Part shown: positions 10,353 through 19,514 of the stretch, in pieces
How positions within the stretch are numbered: the first letter of the stretch is position 1
Layout: each line of letters begins with the position of its first letter
Virus record (IMG/VR): IMGVR_UViG_3300045977_000377
Span: 1 to 54,993 of that record
DNA length: 54,993 bases
Strand: one strand, 5' to 3'
Source of the DNA: a virus
Taxonomy: Duplodnaviria > Caudoviricetes
Notes under the pieces: model-generated
What the model saw: the letters and a program-made list of their open reading frames with translations, nothing else
Databases searched by the model: none
Told to the model about the DNA's origin: nothing
Made by a program: the position numbers and the translations under genes

Positions 10353-13300
10353 TCACGCCAGCACCGTGCCCGGCTCCAGCAGAGCGCTCGTCTGCGCCTG
10401 CCTGCCTGCTCCCGATCTCGCCGCCAAGGTGTTCGACGCGCTCACCGCGCCGGGGCTGGAGCCGAGCACCTGCACCACCTGCCCGGCGAACAAGCTCGAC
10501 GCCTGCTGCGGATTCAACTGCAGGAAGAGCGGCCCTCCCTGATTGCCCGCGAACGCGGCCATCTGCGTGGTGGTGGTCCCGACGTACGGGTTCGACACCA
10601 GACGCCCGCCCGAGTACACCGGCTGAAGCTGGAGCCCTCCGGCCGCCGACTGCGCGAACGTCGCGCCGTACATCGGGCGCGGCAGGCCCGCCGTGCTCTG
10701 ACTCTTGGTGAGCGCGTACAGCCGCACCATGTCCTGCACCTCGGTGGAGAACACCGCCATGCGGAGGTCGCCGCCGTAGCGCTCCTTGGCGAGCTTCACG
10801 ATCTGCTCGCGCAGACCTCGATCCGACATGTCGATGCCGTAAGCCTGCTTGAGCAGCTTCCGCACCTTCTCGTCGTCGGTGTCATGGAACAGGCGCGCGA
10901 TGCCGACTCCCGCGCCGATTCCCGCGCCGATTAACAGACCGGCGGCCGCGCCGACCAACGCGCCGATTGGCCCTCCCATCGCGCCGATCATGAAGCCGAT
11001 GCCCGCCCCGGCGAGCGCGCCGCCGCCGATGTTCATCGCGAGTCCGGAGACGCCGCCGCGCTTCCAGCCTGCGGCGAGCAACCCGAGCCCGCCGCCCGTG
11101 GCCGCGCCCGCTCCGGCCAGCAATCCCGTCGCCCCGAAGGTTTGGGCGATTCCCCACCCGGCCGCCGCGCCGCCCAGGATGCCCATCGCGCCCGCGCGGA
11201 CGCCGCGCCGGTTGAGGCTCGACAGGAACATCGGCGCGCCGACCATCGAGGCGAGGCTCGCCATCCCTTTGCTGCCCATGACGGAGGCCAGCTTCTCGCG
11301 CGGCGTGGCGACCTCCCAGATCACCGACTCGCCGGTCGCGGTCTTGACCAGCCCGCCGATGCCGAAGGACGCGCGCAGATCTTTCAGGCCCTGCGCGAAG
11401 CCGCCGAAGCCTCGGCCGCCGCCACCGGCCGTCCCGGTTTGCCGCGCCGAGCCTGCGTCCGCGCTGCCGGTCCCGGCCATCTCGACGGCCGCGCGCCGGT
11501 CCCAGTCTGCCATCGCGGCGTCGGAGACGATCCTGGTCAGATCCCGGCCGACCACCTCGCCCATCTCCCGGTTGCGCGTCTGGACGCTAAAGTTGAGGTT
11601 TGATTGGGCGTTCTCAATACTGGTGATCTCCGGAGGCGAGCCCGCGCCGGGGAAGTACGGCGCCTTCCAGATGCCGCGCGGGAAGCCCACCTGGAAGCCG
11701 CCGAAGGCCGTGGTCAACTGCGCGGCGAGCGAGTTGGTGACCACGTTCCGGAGGACGCCCATCATGGTCCTGGTGATGAAGCTGCCGATGCTCGACCAGA
11801 CGCTCTTCGACTTGTCGAGCACGGCGTCCCACATGCCCTCCATGAAGCCCTTGATATTCGAGAAGAGTTGCTCCTGGTTCTGCAGGATGGCCTGATCGGT
11901 TTCCTGCCAACCCTTCAGCCGCGCCATCTGGTACTGCGTGTCGGCGTCGAGCCGGATGCGGTCGAACTGCTTCTGGTTGTACTCCTGAATTTCGAGGAAG
12001 CTCTTGCTCTGCTCGCCATAGAGCCGCTTGTAGAATGCGGTGTCCTCTTCAAGCGCAAGAAATTGCTCGTTGCGCTTGCCGATGATCTGATCCTCTTCCA
12101 TCTCGGTCACGCGCCGGATCACGTCCAGCCGCCCCGAGAGCGAGGTCTGCCGCTGCGCCTGCAGACGCGCGATACCCAGCGTGGCCGCCCGGTCGATCAC
12201 CGCGATGCGGTCCTGTAGCTCCTGCTCCATGCGTTGCCTGCGTTGGTCGAGGATCAGCGCGTTGGTCTCCTTCTCCTGATCGAGCGTCAGCTTCTGGATC
12301 TCATCGTTAAGCTGCACCGCGAGCGCCATGATCCGGCCGCCAAAGATCTCCTTCGCCGCAATCGTGTCTTCGTCAATCTGCTTCTGACTCGCTCCGGCCG
12401 CGCGCCCGGCGCGCACGATACCGGCGACTTCGAGTTGCATCTGTGTGTCGAGTTCCACCTGCTTGGCGATGATGTCGGCCTTGGCTTGCTGCTGCGTGGC
12501 GGCCGCGCGAACGGCCAGCACTCGTCTGCGGCCCGCGAAGGTCTCGTCCGGAATCACTTCGGCTTCCGCAACGGCAATCTGGCGGCGCGTGCGGTGGATC
12601 TCTTCGTAAGTGCGCCGGATGTCGCGCCGCGCTTCCTCGCGTTGCTTCTTCAACTCCGCGCCCACGTCGCTCCACAGAGCCCTCGCGTAATTGGCGGCGG
12701 CGGTCTGCACGTCCTTCTGGTTCTGCGCGGCTTCGATGTCGTTCTTCCTGGCCTCGTCGCTGGTCTCTTTCGAGAGCGCTTTGCGGTAGTCCGCGACTCC
12801 CTTCGCCATCTCCCCGAGCTTGCGGAAGTGGCCCGCGTAATCGTCCGTCAGCGCGCCGATGTTTTCCTTGCCCGCTTTCAGGTTGCGGGCGCGGGCCTCA
12901 TCGAGCGCCCGCTCGCTCTCTTCGAGTTGGCTCCTGATCGCTTCCGGGTTGGGCCTCATCGCCAGAGCCCGCCGCCGCGCGATTTCATCCGGCGTGACCG
13001 GCGTCACTACGGCCGCAGCGGCCGCCTTCTCCCGATCAGACATTTTGTTGTGCGCGTACCAGATCCATACCGCCGACGCGATGGCGCCGATCAGCGTGAC
13101 CCAGCCGACCGGCCCCATGCCGAGCAACGTGCCCGCGCCGATTGCCATGCCGCCCGCTCCGGCCGCGCCGAGCCCGAGCGTGGTGACTCCGGCGCCCGCT
13201 CCTGCGCCCGCCGCAGCGGCCGCGCCCGCCCCTGCCGCCGCCCTCGCTCCGGCCGCCGCCGCCGCCGCCGACACGGCCGCTTCAGCCGCAATCTTCGCGG

Positions 13301-14675
13301 CTTCATCCGCCGCCTTTCGCACGGCAATCTTCTCGGTCACCTCCTTGGCCGCTTCCCGCGCCGCCGCCCGCGCCGCCGTGCGTCTCGCGATGGTCTCGGC
13401 CGTGGCCTCCCCGATAGCCGACGCGGCTACCTCGGCCGCGACTTCCGAAGCCGCTTTAGCCGCCGCCTCCCGCGCGAGCTTGGACGCCGCCTGCTTCACC
13501 GCCACCTGCGCCGCCGCGTCGGCCGCCGCAGACGCCGCCGCCGTCGCCGCCGCCTTGGACGCCGCCTCGGTCGCGATGGCCTGCGCGCCAGCGGCCGCGC
13601 CCGCGAGCCCGAGCCCCTGGACGCCCGCGCCTGCGATGAGCTTGCCCGCCACGCCTCCGAGTTGCGAGCCCTTCAGCCACGTCACGGCCGCGCCGAATCC
13701 TTTGAAGCCGAGACCCAGGACGTTGAACACCTGCCCGAGCATCATGGCGGTCCCGGCGAACACGCCGACGGCGACGGCGACATCCTTGATCGGCCCCGGC
13801 AGCATGCCGAGCACCTTCACCAACTCCGTCGCGAGCTTCAGCATCTGCGTCATCATGTCGATGGAGTGGATGAATGCCGGGCCGAGATCGTCCTCGATCT
13901 GACCGGCCAGCTTCTTCGACGCGGAGCCGAGGCGATTCTGCGCCGCGCTGACCGTGTGCAGCGCTTCGCGCGCGGCGGCGCCCTCGTGCCCGGCCACGCC
14001 GACGGCGATGGCGAGCCGCATGAACTGCTGCGGATCGAGTTGCTTGATCTCGGACTTCATCGAGATCAGTTGTTTATTGAACGCCTCGGCCACCTTGGCC
14101 GGGAACGCGATGTTCGACGCGGCCGCGAGCCCCTGGATGCCCTTGGCCGAGGGCGCGAACATGGTGCCGATATTCCGCAGCACGTCGGCCATCGCCTTCG
14201 CGCCCTTCACCCCCTCTTCCGAGAAAGCGGTCGCCATGTCGAGGATGCGCTCGACCTCCTTGGTCAACTCCTCGGCAGGCACGCCCGCCGCGCGAAGCTC
14301 CATCGCCATCTTCCGCACTTCGCCGCCGGTCGAGCCGGTCCTGGCCGCCAACTCGCTGAACTTCTTCGCGTAGTCGGAGAGCCCGATCTCCGCAAGCTGC
14401 CGCTTCGCCCGGTTGACCTCCTCGCCCATCGCGACCATTTCCTTGGTGGTCTTCCAGATGCCGAGCGCGGCGACGGCGCGGCCCAGGCGCGCCATCTCGT
14501 CGGAGGCTTGCTCGACGGTGACGTTGACGCTCTTGATGCCTTTGACTGCCTGTTTGGTCGCCTTCTCGGACGTGGTCCCGATCTTGTCGATGTTCTTGTT
14601 GAGCGTGTCGATGTTCTTCTCCGCGTCTGCGGAGTCGAACTGGACATGCAGATAAATGCGATTGGCGGCGGCCAT
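10353..14675 (-). CDS. tape measure protein
   Basis: 1440 aa, Ala/Gly-rich, coiled-coil and hydrophobic segments, follows the tail chaperones. Confidence 0.9.
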   Translation of the reverse strand: MAAANRIYLHVQFDSADAEKNIDTLNKNIDKIGTTSEKATKQAVKGIKSVNVTVEQASDEMARLGRAVAALGIWKTTKEMVAMGEEVNRAKRQLAEIGLSDYAKKFSELAARTGSTGGEVRKMAMELRAAGVPAEELTKEVERILDMATAFSEEGVKGAKAMADVLRNIGTMFAPSAKGIQGLAAASNIAFPAKVAEAFNKQLISMKSEIKQLDPQQFMRLAIAVGVAGHEGAAAREALHTVSAAQNRLGSASKKLAGQIEDDLGPAFIHSIDMMTQMLKLATELVKVLGMLPGPIKDVAVAVGVFAGTAMMLGQVFNVLGLGFKGFGAAVTWLKGSQLGGVAGKLIAGAGVQGLGLAGAAAGAQAIATEAASKAAATAAASAAADAAAQVAVKQAASKLAREAAAKAASEVAAEVAASAIGEATAETIARRTAARAAAREAAKEVTEKIAVRKAADEAAKIAAEAAVSAAAAAAGARAAAGAGAAAAAGAGAGAGVTTLGLGAAGAGGMAIGAGTLLGMGPVGWVTLIGAIASAVWIWYAHNKMSDREKAAAAAVVTPVTPDEIARRRALAMRPNPEAIRSQLEESERALDEARARNLKAGKENIGALTDDYAGHFRKLGEMAKGVADYRKALSKETSDEARKNDIEAAQNQKDVQTAAANYARALWSDVGAELKKQREEARRDIRRTYEEIHRTRRQIAVAEAEVIPDETFAGRRRVLAVRAAATQQQAKADIIAKQVELDTQMQLEVAGIVRAGRAAGASQKQIDEDTIAAKEIFGGRIMALAVQLNDEIQKLTLDQEKETNALILDQRRQRMEQELQDRIAVIDRAATLGIARLQAQRQTSLSGRLDVIRRVTEMEEDQIIGKRNEQFLALEEDTAFYKRLYGEQSKSFLEIQEYNQKQFDRIRLDADTQYQMARLKGWQETDQAILQNQEQLFSNIKGFMEGMWDAVLDKSKSVWSSIGSFITRTMMGVLRNVVTNSLAAQLTTAFGGFQVGFPRGIWKAPYFPGAGSPPEITSIENAQSNLNFSVQTRNREMGEVVGRDLTRIVSDAAMADWDRRAAVEMAGTGSADAGSARQTGTAGGGGRGFGGFAQGLKDLRASFGIGGLVKTATGESVIWEVATPREKLASVMGSKGMASLASMVGAPMFLSSLNRRGVRAGAMGILGGAAAGWGIAQTFGATGLLAGAGAATGGGLGLLAAGWKRGGVSGLAMNIGGGALAGAGIGFMIGAMGGPIGALVGAAAGLLIGAGIGAGVGIARLFHDTDDEKVRKLLKQAYGIDMSDRGLREQIVKLAKERYGGDLRMAVFSTEVQDMVRLYALTKSQSTAGLPRPMYGATFAQSAAGGLQLQPVYSGGRLVSNPYVGTTTTQMAAFAGNQGGPLFLQLNPQQASSLFAGQVVQVLGSSPGAVSASNTLAARSGAGRQAQTSALLEPGTVLA

Positions 14676-14678
14676 CGG

Positions 14679-15044
14679 TCAGTCTCGCTTTTGGCCTTTG
14701 CGGATCTCTTCGGCCTGGAACTTGTCGCGCTCTTCAGTCAACTGCCGGAGGAGCAGAAACACCGGGTAGGGAATCTCGTCCAGGCGCACCGTGATTCCCG
14801 CCTGCAGGGAGAAGTCGAGGTCGATTGTCGATTGAATGATCAGCCCGCCCGGCGACCCCAAATATTCGAGGAGCGCTTGCTGCGGGCAACCCTCGCACGG
14901 CAGCGCGGAAGGCCCGGCGCCGGGCTCCAGGTTCAGCACTTCGGGACAGTTCGCGGGCGAGGGACAGAGAGCGCTCTGTCGCATCAGGCGATTGAAGACG
15001 AATCGAGGCGAAGGTTGCTCCGGCCAATCCCCGCCGATTAAAAA
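14679..15044 (-). CDS. tail assembly chaperone GT, -1 frameshift extension
   Basis: -1 frame at slippery A AAT TTT is open and continuous with the 14679..14984 ORF. Confidence 0.7.
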   Translation of the reverse strand, partial: FLIGGDWPEQPSPRFVFNRLMRQSALCPSPANCPEVLNLEPGAGPSALPCEGCPQQALLEYLGSPGGLIIQSTIDLDFSLQAGITVRLDEIPYPVFLLLRQLTEERDKFQAEEIRKGQKRD

Positions 15045-15652
15045 TTTGCGTCATCGGACCTCGGCCCGAGCGCCCGGTCGATGTGCTCGATCACCGCCCG
15101 GATGGCGGCGTCCTTGTGCAGCGCGGGAATGCCGTTGGCGTAATCCTCGCTGCGGCCGCCGCATTGATCGTAGAGCCGCGCGCCCGCGTCGGCCGTGGTG
15201 CGAAGCTCCTGCTGGTTGAAGGGCAGATCGATCAGCCGGAAGGCCGACCGGCGGAAGGAGAGCACCTGATCGGCCGTCGGGATCTTCATGTGATGGATCG
15301 CGCGGCCGGTCATGACGCTCATCTCGACCGCCGCCTCGCCGCCGTCGATGGACACGTCGTACACGTCCGCGACCGAGAGCGCTTCGAGCACCTTCGACGC
15401 CTCGGCGGGCGTCATGTCGGGCGCGCCGTTGAGCGCGATGGTCTTGTAGAGTTTCACGTCCGCTTCGCCGGGCTCGGGCGGGACGGTCTCGCTCATGCCC
15501 CGGCCGAGCCTGCGGATGATGATCTTGCGCGAGCGCGAGCGCGCCGACCACTCCTCGTCCGTCGGGTAGCGGAGCAGCACTTCCTGCTCCGCGCCGCCGG
15601 TCGACGCCAGTCGCGCCGGAATCGCGATTTCTGCTTTCGAGTCGAATTTCAC
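15038..15652 (-). CDS. tail assembly chaperone G
   Basis: 204 aa between tail tube and tape measure, ends GCA AAT TTT TAA. Confidence 0.75.
   Translation of the reverse strand: MKFDSKAEIAIPARLASTGGAEQEVLLRYPTDEEWSARSRSRKIIIRRLGRGMSETVPPEPGEADVKLYKTIALNGAPDMTPAEASKVLEALSVADVYDVSIDGGEAAVEMSVMTGRAIHHMKIPTADQVLSFRRSAFRLIDLPFNQQELRTTADAGARLYDQCGGRSEDYANGIPALHKDAAIRAVIEHIDRALGPRSDDANF
15041..15047 (-). other. programmed -1 frameshift slippery site A AAT TTT
   Basis: X XXY YYZ heptamer in the correct codon phase just before the stop. Confidence 0.75.
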
Positions 15653-15668
15653 GGTTGGCCTCTTCTGT

Positions 15669-15821
15669 CTAACCTCGACCGCTGACGATCCACGCCAGCG
15701 TCAGTAATGCGAGCCCGGCGGCCGTCCAGTTGATGGACCGACCGGCGGGCCACTGCGCGTTGACCGTGCCGATGAGGAACATCAGCAAGGCCAGGAGAAC
15801 GAAGATCAATGTGAGCGGCAT
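15669..15821 (-). CDS. 50-aa two-TM membrane protein (holin-like)
   Basis: MPLTLIFVLLALLMFLIGTVNAQWPAGRSINWTAAGLALLTLAWIVSGRG; GGGAGG RBS. Confidence 0.55.
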   Translation of the reverse strand: MPLTLIFVLLALLMFLIGTVNAQWPAGRSINWTAAGLALLTLAWIVSGRG

Positions 15822-15854
15822 GGCCGCCTCCCTTCCCTTTTCACTCGTCGCGCG

Positions 15855-16982
15855 TCAGAGCCCGAGGATGCCGTCCTTCTCGGTGGTCGCGCTCATCGTG
15901 ATGTAGTCGCCCGTAGGCGGCTTGAGCCCGGTCACCGTGCAGTCGACGGTGACGATGCCGTCGGCCTCGCCGTTCACCACCGCGCTGAAGACCGCGCGCG
16001 GATAGCTGATCGAGAAGCCGTGCTTGGCCGGTCCCGCGCCGATCTGCGCGCCCTCGACGGAGACCGTGGCTGGCCCCTCGGTCTGCGGTTGCGCCATCAG
16101 CGCGGCGTATTCGGGCGAGCCCTTGAGCGCTCGCGCGACGAAGCGCAGCGAGGACTCGCGCATGCCGTACTCCATGCGTCCGCGAATCGCGTAGCCGTTC
16201 TGCGTGCCCGAGCCGGGATAGAGGCCCGAGGGCAGGCGCACGTTGTTGTTCCAGCGGAATTCGAGCGAGATGAAGCTCGCCGTCAGCACGTAGTCCTGGC
16301 CGACGATATTGATCGACGCGGACGCCGCGTTGAGGAAGTGCTCGGTCTCGACCGTCGGCCACGGGGTGTAGCCCGAGGGGTTCTCCGCTTTGCCCGTGCC
16401 GACGCAGTTGACCGAGACGCGGCAGTTGGCGCGGCCCGGCCCGCTCTCCATGGTGAGCGTCCAGTCGTTCACCACGAGCCCGATGAGAGCCCGGTCGACC
16501 ACCGATTCGGGCGGCGTGCGGATCTGCTCGGCGTAAGTAAACGGCGGCAGGTTGATGCAGTTCACCACCGGATCGGACGGCACGGCCGCGTAGGTGAAGC
16601 CCGAGCCCGCCGAGCCGCTCTTGGTCGCCTTGCCCGTCGAGAACGAAAACAGCCACGCCATGAACTCCGAGGAGCAGTACTTCTCGATGGTGACGGCCGT
16701 GTCGATGCTCGTCGGGAAGGTGGCGGTCGGGAACTCGTCGCCTTTGCCGATGTCGTTGGCGTCGGTCTCGTTGACCGGCGTGACGGTGGCGAGCGCCGGG
16801 TTCGTCTTGGTGAGACTCCAGATCTCGGCCAGCGTGTTCTTCGTCGGCAGATCGGCCTGCGGCTTGAACCCGAACGCGATTTTCGTCTCGCGCACGTTGG
16901 CCGGGCAGTTCGCTACCACGAGCAATTCCGGCCCGCCGGGCTGCTGCGGTTCGACGGGAGCTAGGGGCGGTTTAGTAGCCAT
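15855..16982 (-). CDS. major tail tube protein
   Basis: 375 aa, Thr/Gly/beta-rich, between tail terminator and chaperones. Confidence 0.75.
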   Translation of the reverse strand: MATKPPLAPVEPQQPGGPELLVVANCPANVRETKIAFGFKPQADLPTKNTLAEIWSLTKTNPALATVTPVNETDANDIGKGDEFPTATFPTSIDTAVTIEKYCSSEFMAWLFSFSTGKATKSGSAGSGFTYAAVPSDPVVNCINLPPFTYAEQIRTPPESVVDRALIGLVVNDWTLTMESGPGRANCRVSVNCVGTGKAENPSGYTPWPTVETEHFLNAASASINIVGQDYVLTASFISLEFRWNNNVRLPSGLYPGSGTQNGYAIRGRMEYGMRESSLRFVARALKGSPEYAALMAQPQTEGPATVSVEGAQIGAGPAKHGFSISYPRAVFSAVVNGEADGIVTVDCTVTGLKPPTGDYITMSATTEKDGILGL

Positions 16983-17446
16983 TATGGATCTCCTGACTCT
17001 TGCGTTTCGGTTTCGATCACAAACAGATCGATCTGCTCCGGGTCCGTCTCGCGCTTCACGTTCGCGATGACGGTGCGGATCACGCCCGGCATGATGGGGC
17101 AGTAGTGCCAGCGTTGCGTGTCGCCGGGATCGGGCACGCCGTTCACGATCAGCCGCGCGAGCGTGTAGGGCGACTGCCCGCGTTGCGCCCGCAGGTAGAG
17201 GCTCGCGTAATGCGTGGTCTGCACGATGCCGCCGTCCCCGGCTTCGAGCGGCGCCTCGTTCCAGACCACCATCACCGAGCCCGGCCGCTGGCTGTACTTG
17301 GCGGCCTCGACCCTATTCGCGAGCGGCTGGAGATCGATGTACCCGAAGATCGACGCGGGCTCCGGCGGATCGAGCGCCGCGACCAGCGGCGGGATGCGCC
17401 GCAGCACGTCGACCATCGCGTTGGTGAATTCGATCAGATCGATCAT
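16982..17446 (-). CDS. tail terminator / neck protein
   Basis: start MIDLIEFTN overlaps the upstream stop (ATGA); gene order. Confidence 0.55.
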   Translation of the reverse strand: MIDLIEFTNAMVDVLRRIPPLVAALDPPEPASIFGYIDLQPLANRVEAAKYSQRPGSVMVVWNEAPLEAGDGGIVQTTHYASLYLRAQRGQSPYTLARLIVNGVPDPGDTQRWHYCPIMPGVIRTVIANVKRETDPEQIDLFVIETETQESGDP

Positions 17447-17895
17447 CGCGTCTGTCCGCTGAGTGGAATCCAGGCCGACTTCAGATACTGGCCGTATTCC
17501 TTCTTCGCGTCCTTGAACAGGGCCGACTGCTCCGGCCCCGAGAAGCCGATCATGTGCTCGTACTTGTCCTGGCCGCGCGCGTGCTCGCGGCCGATGCGGG
17601 ACGTGTTCTCGGCGCGGATCTCCTTGCCGATGGCCTTCCGCAGGAGGAAGTTTTCGATCATCACGCCCGAGAGATGGTTGTCGCGATACTGCGTTCCGCC
17701 GCCGCGAATCCGTTTCTTGATGAACACGTACTTCTTCGAGAGCGGCTTGGCTTCGTTGCCGGATGCGTTCTTGTGCGCGGCCCAGCGGGCCTTCTGGCGC
17801 GCGACCATCTCCTTGCCGATGCGCGTCATCTGGCCGTTGTCGAGCTTCGGCTTCTTGATGTGGCCGCTGCGCTTCACCTTGATCTTGACCGGCAT
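17443..17895 (-). CDS. basic tail-completion / virion morphogenesis protein
   Basis: 150 aa Lys/Arg-rich; KPLSKKY motif; gene order. Confidence 0.55.
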   Translation of the reverse strand: MPVKIKVKRSGHIKKPKLDNGQMTRIGKEMVARQKARWAAHKNASGNEAKPLSKKYVFIKKRIRGGGTQYRDNHLSGVMIENFLLRKAIGKEIRAENTSRIGREHARGQDKYEHMIGFSGPEQSALFKDAKKEYGQYLKSAWIPLSGQTR

Positions 17896-18392
17896 CAGGA
17901 CGCCTCCGAGTTGGCTTGCAGCACCACTCTCGAAACGCCGTAGGGCAGCGCGTCGACGCGCACCACGTCGTACTCGATCCCTCCGGCCGCGACCACGTCT
18001 CCGAGCGCGGGCGGGCGCGGGAGATCGTCATGCTTGATGTGCGCGTGCGAGTAGCGGCCGGGCGAGAGTTCCTCGCCCTCGACGCCTTCGATCCAGAGGA
18101 TCGAGATGGGGAAAACCTGCGTGTCGTCCCCGTCGATCCAGTAGTCCACGATGCGCTCGAATTCGCCCATCAGCGCGGACCAGAGCATCGGCACATGCGC
18201 TCCGGCGAAGCGGCTGACGAACGTCCCGCCGGAGTCGGACAAGGACTCGGCCAACGCCGGGTCTCCCGCCGCGCGAATTCCGGCCAGTATTGGCGACAGA
18301 CCGGAAATCGCGCTGACACGGGGATTCGCCGCGCGTCCCGCCTGACGCTTCGACAAAGCCGAGAAAGGCCCGACGAACGGGTTGCTCCGCAT
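17895..18392 (-). CDS. head-tail joining protein (gpFII-like); start uncertain
   Basis: C-terminal P.LGDVV...G.EYDVVRV motif; GGGAGG RBS before the ATG at 18392; first ~55 codons overlap a structured RNA region. Confidence 0.6.
   Translation of the reverse strand: MRSNPFVGPFSALSKRQAGRAANPRVSAISGLSPILAGIRAAGDPALAESLSDSGGTFVSRFAGAHVPMLWSALMGEFERIVDYWIDGDDTQVFPISILWIEGVEGEELSPGRYSHAHIKHDDLPRPPALGDVVAAGGIEYDVVRVDALPYGVSRVVLQANSEAS
18263..18313 (-). promoter_or_regulatory. hairpin downstream of the capsid gene (loop GUCGCCAA) followed by GGCGGGAG
   Basis: 14/15-bp stem 18271-18285/18299-18313; loop and tail complementary to the 19437-19500 element. Confidence 0.6.
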
Positions 18393-18405
18393 GGCCCGGC
18401 CTCCC

Positions 18406-19422
18406 TTAGATGACCTTGGCCTTGAGACTCGCGTTGGGCCGGTAGGGGACCACCAGCGGCGCCGACTGCAGCATGATGAAGCGCACCGAGGGATCGGGCT
18501 CCGTCCACGATTTGACGTAGAACGGCATCGCCTGCAGGCCCGCCTCCTCGTCGCGAATCGCGCCGAACGCGCGCACGCCGTCGAGTTGCTGCGATGCCAT
18601 GATCACCGAATCCGCCGGGATGATCGGCTTCTCCGTCGAGTCGGCCGGGTCGACGTACCACGAGGAGTAGACGATGATGTTGAAGCCGTCGATGTTGCCG
18701 ACGCTCATCCCGCCCTCGGTCGATCCCGCCGCGTTGAGCGAGAGCGATGTGTCGGTCCCGCGCCGGATGTCGAGCCGGGCCTTCACGTCGTCATGGTTGC
18801 GGAACACCTTCCATACCGCGACCGGCATGATCACGTCCGTCATGTAGATGCCGGTCGATTGCAGTCCGGTCTGCGCCCACTCCTGCAGATCGTCCAGCGG
18901 ATGCGAGCCCGCCGCGCTCCAGAGCGTCGAAGCGGTGATGGTGTTTCCCGCCGCGCGGCCGAAGTCCACGATGGCCTGCGGATACTTCTCTCCGACGATG
19001 GTGACCTTGCCGGTCGCGAGGATCTCGCCCGCCATGGTTTCGAGCCTGCGGTTGAGCATCGACTTCTGGTCTTCCATCGAAGCCGCGATGAGCGCGCGGA
19101 GCCGGTCGCCGGGGCTCATCGTGCCGCCGATGCTCTCGCCCGCCGACCGCTTGAACGGCCGGTGCATGTCGAAGACGCGCTTGTCTTTCACGTAGGCCGG
19201 TTTGAAGACTCCCGTCCGGTAACCGGGCGACTCCACGATCTGCCCCTCCACCAGGAAGCTGACGAAGGGCGCGATGCGCCGCGTGCCGTCGACCACGTCG
19301 AAATGGATCTCCTCGCCGGTCTCGATTTGCACCGTCGGGAAATAGCGGTCCAGCAGAAACTGCGTCTGACCTTTCAGGTCCGCGATGACCCGATTGAGCG
19401 TGCTCGTGCTCCAGAGGTCCAT
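18406..19422 (-). CDS. major capsid protein (lambda gpE family)
   Basis: 338 aa; FLLDRYFP, IAPFVS, FKPAYVKDK, C-terminal QSAPL motifs typical of Phage_cap_E. Confidence 0.93.
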   Translation of the reverse strand: MDLWSTSTLNRVIADLKGQTQFLLDRYFPTVQIETGEEIHFDVVDGTRRIAPFVSFLVEGQIVESPGYRTGVFKPAYVKDKRVFDMHRPFKRSAGESIGGTMSPGDRLRALIAASMEDQKSMLNRRLETMAGEILATGKVTIVGEKYPQAIVDFGRAAGNTITASTLWSAAGSHPLDDLQEWAQTGLQSTGIYMTDVIMPVAVWKVFRNHDDVKARLDIRRGTDTSLSLNAAGSTEGGMSVGNIDGFNIIVYSSWYVDPADSTEKPIIPADSVIMASQQLDGVRAFGAIRDEEAGLQAMPFYVKSWTEPDPSVRFIMLQSAPLVVPYRPNASLKAKVI

Positions 19423-19426
19423 CGGA

Positions 19427-19500
19427 CTCTCCTACTGGCGGGAGTTAGAGGTTGCGGTTTGCCGTCTGACGGGGCCGTCGCCAAACGCCCGTCAGACGGC
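19427..19500 (-). promoter_or_regulatory. capsid 5' leader: 13-bp hairpin (loop UUGGCGAC), anti-SD CUCCCGCC, SD AGGAGAG
   Basis: perfect inverted repeat 19461-19473/19488-19500; CUCC can pair with the GGAG of the SD. Confidence 0.65.
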
Positions 19501-19514
19501 GGATTCTGCGGCTG

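Noticed and set aside
13190-13620. GCC-rich repeat as a mobile or regulatory element
   Set aside because: It is the poly-Ala segment of the tape measure protein.
12234-15041. 935-aa plus-strand ORF and similar long antisense ORFs (3226-4758, 41159-42793, 34770-35987)
   Set aside because: Shadow frames of high-GC minus-strand genes; Arg-rich with no motifs.
19461-19500. Intrinsic terminator before the capsid gene
   Set aside because: No U-tract on the coding strand; better explained as a leader structure.
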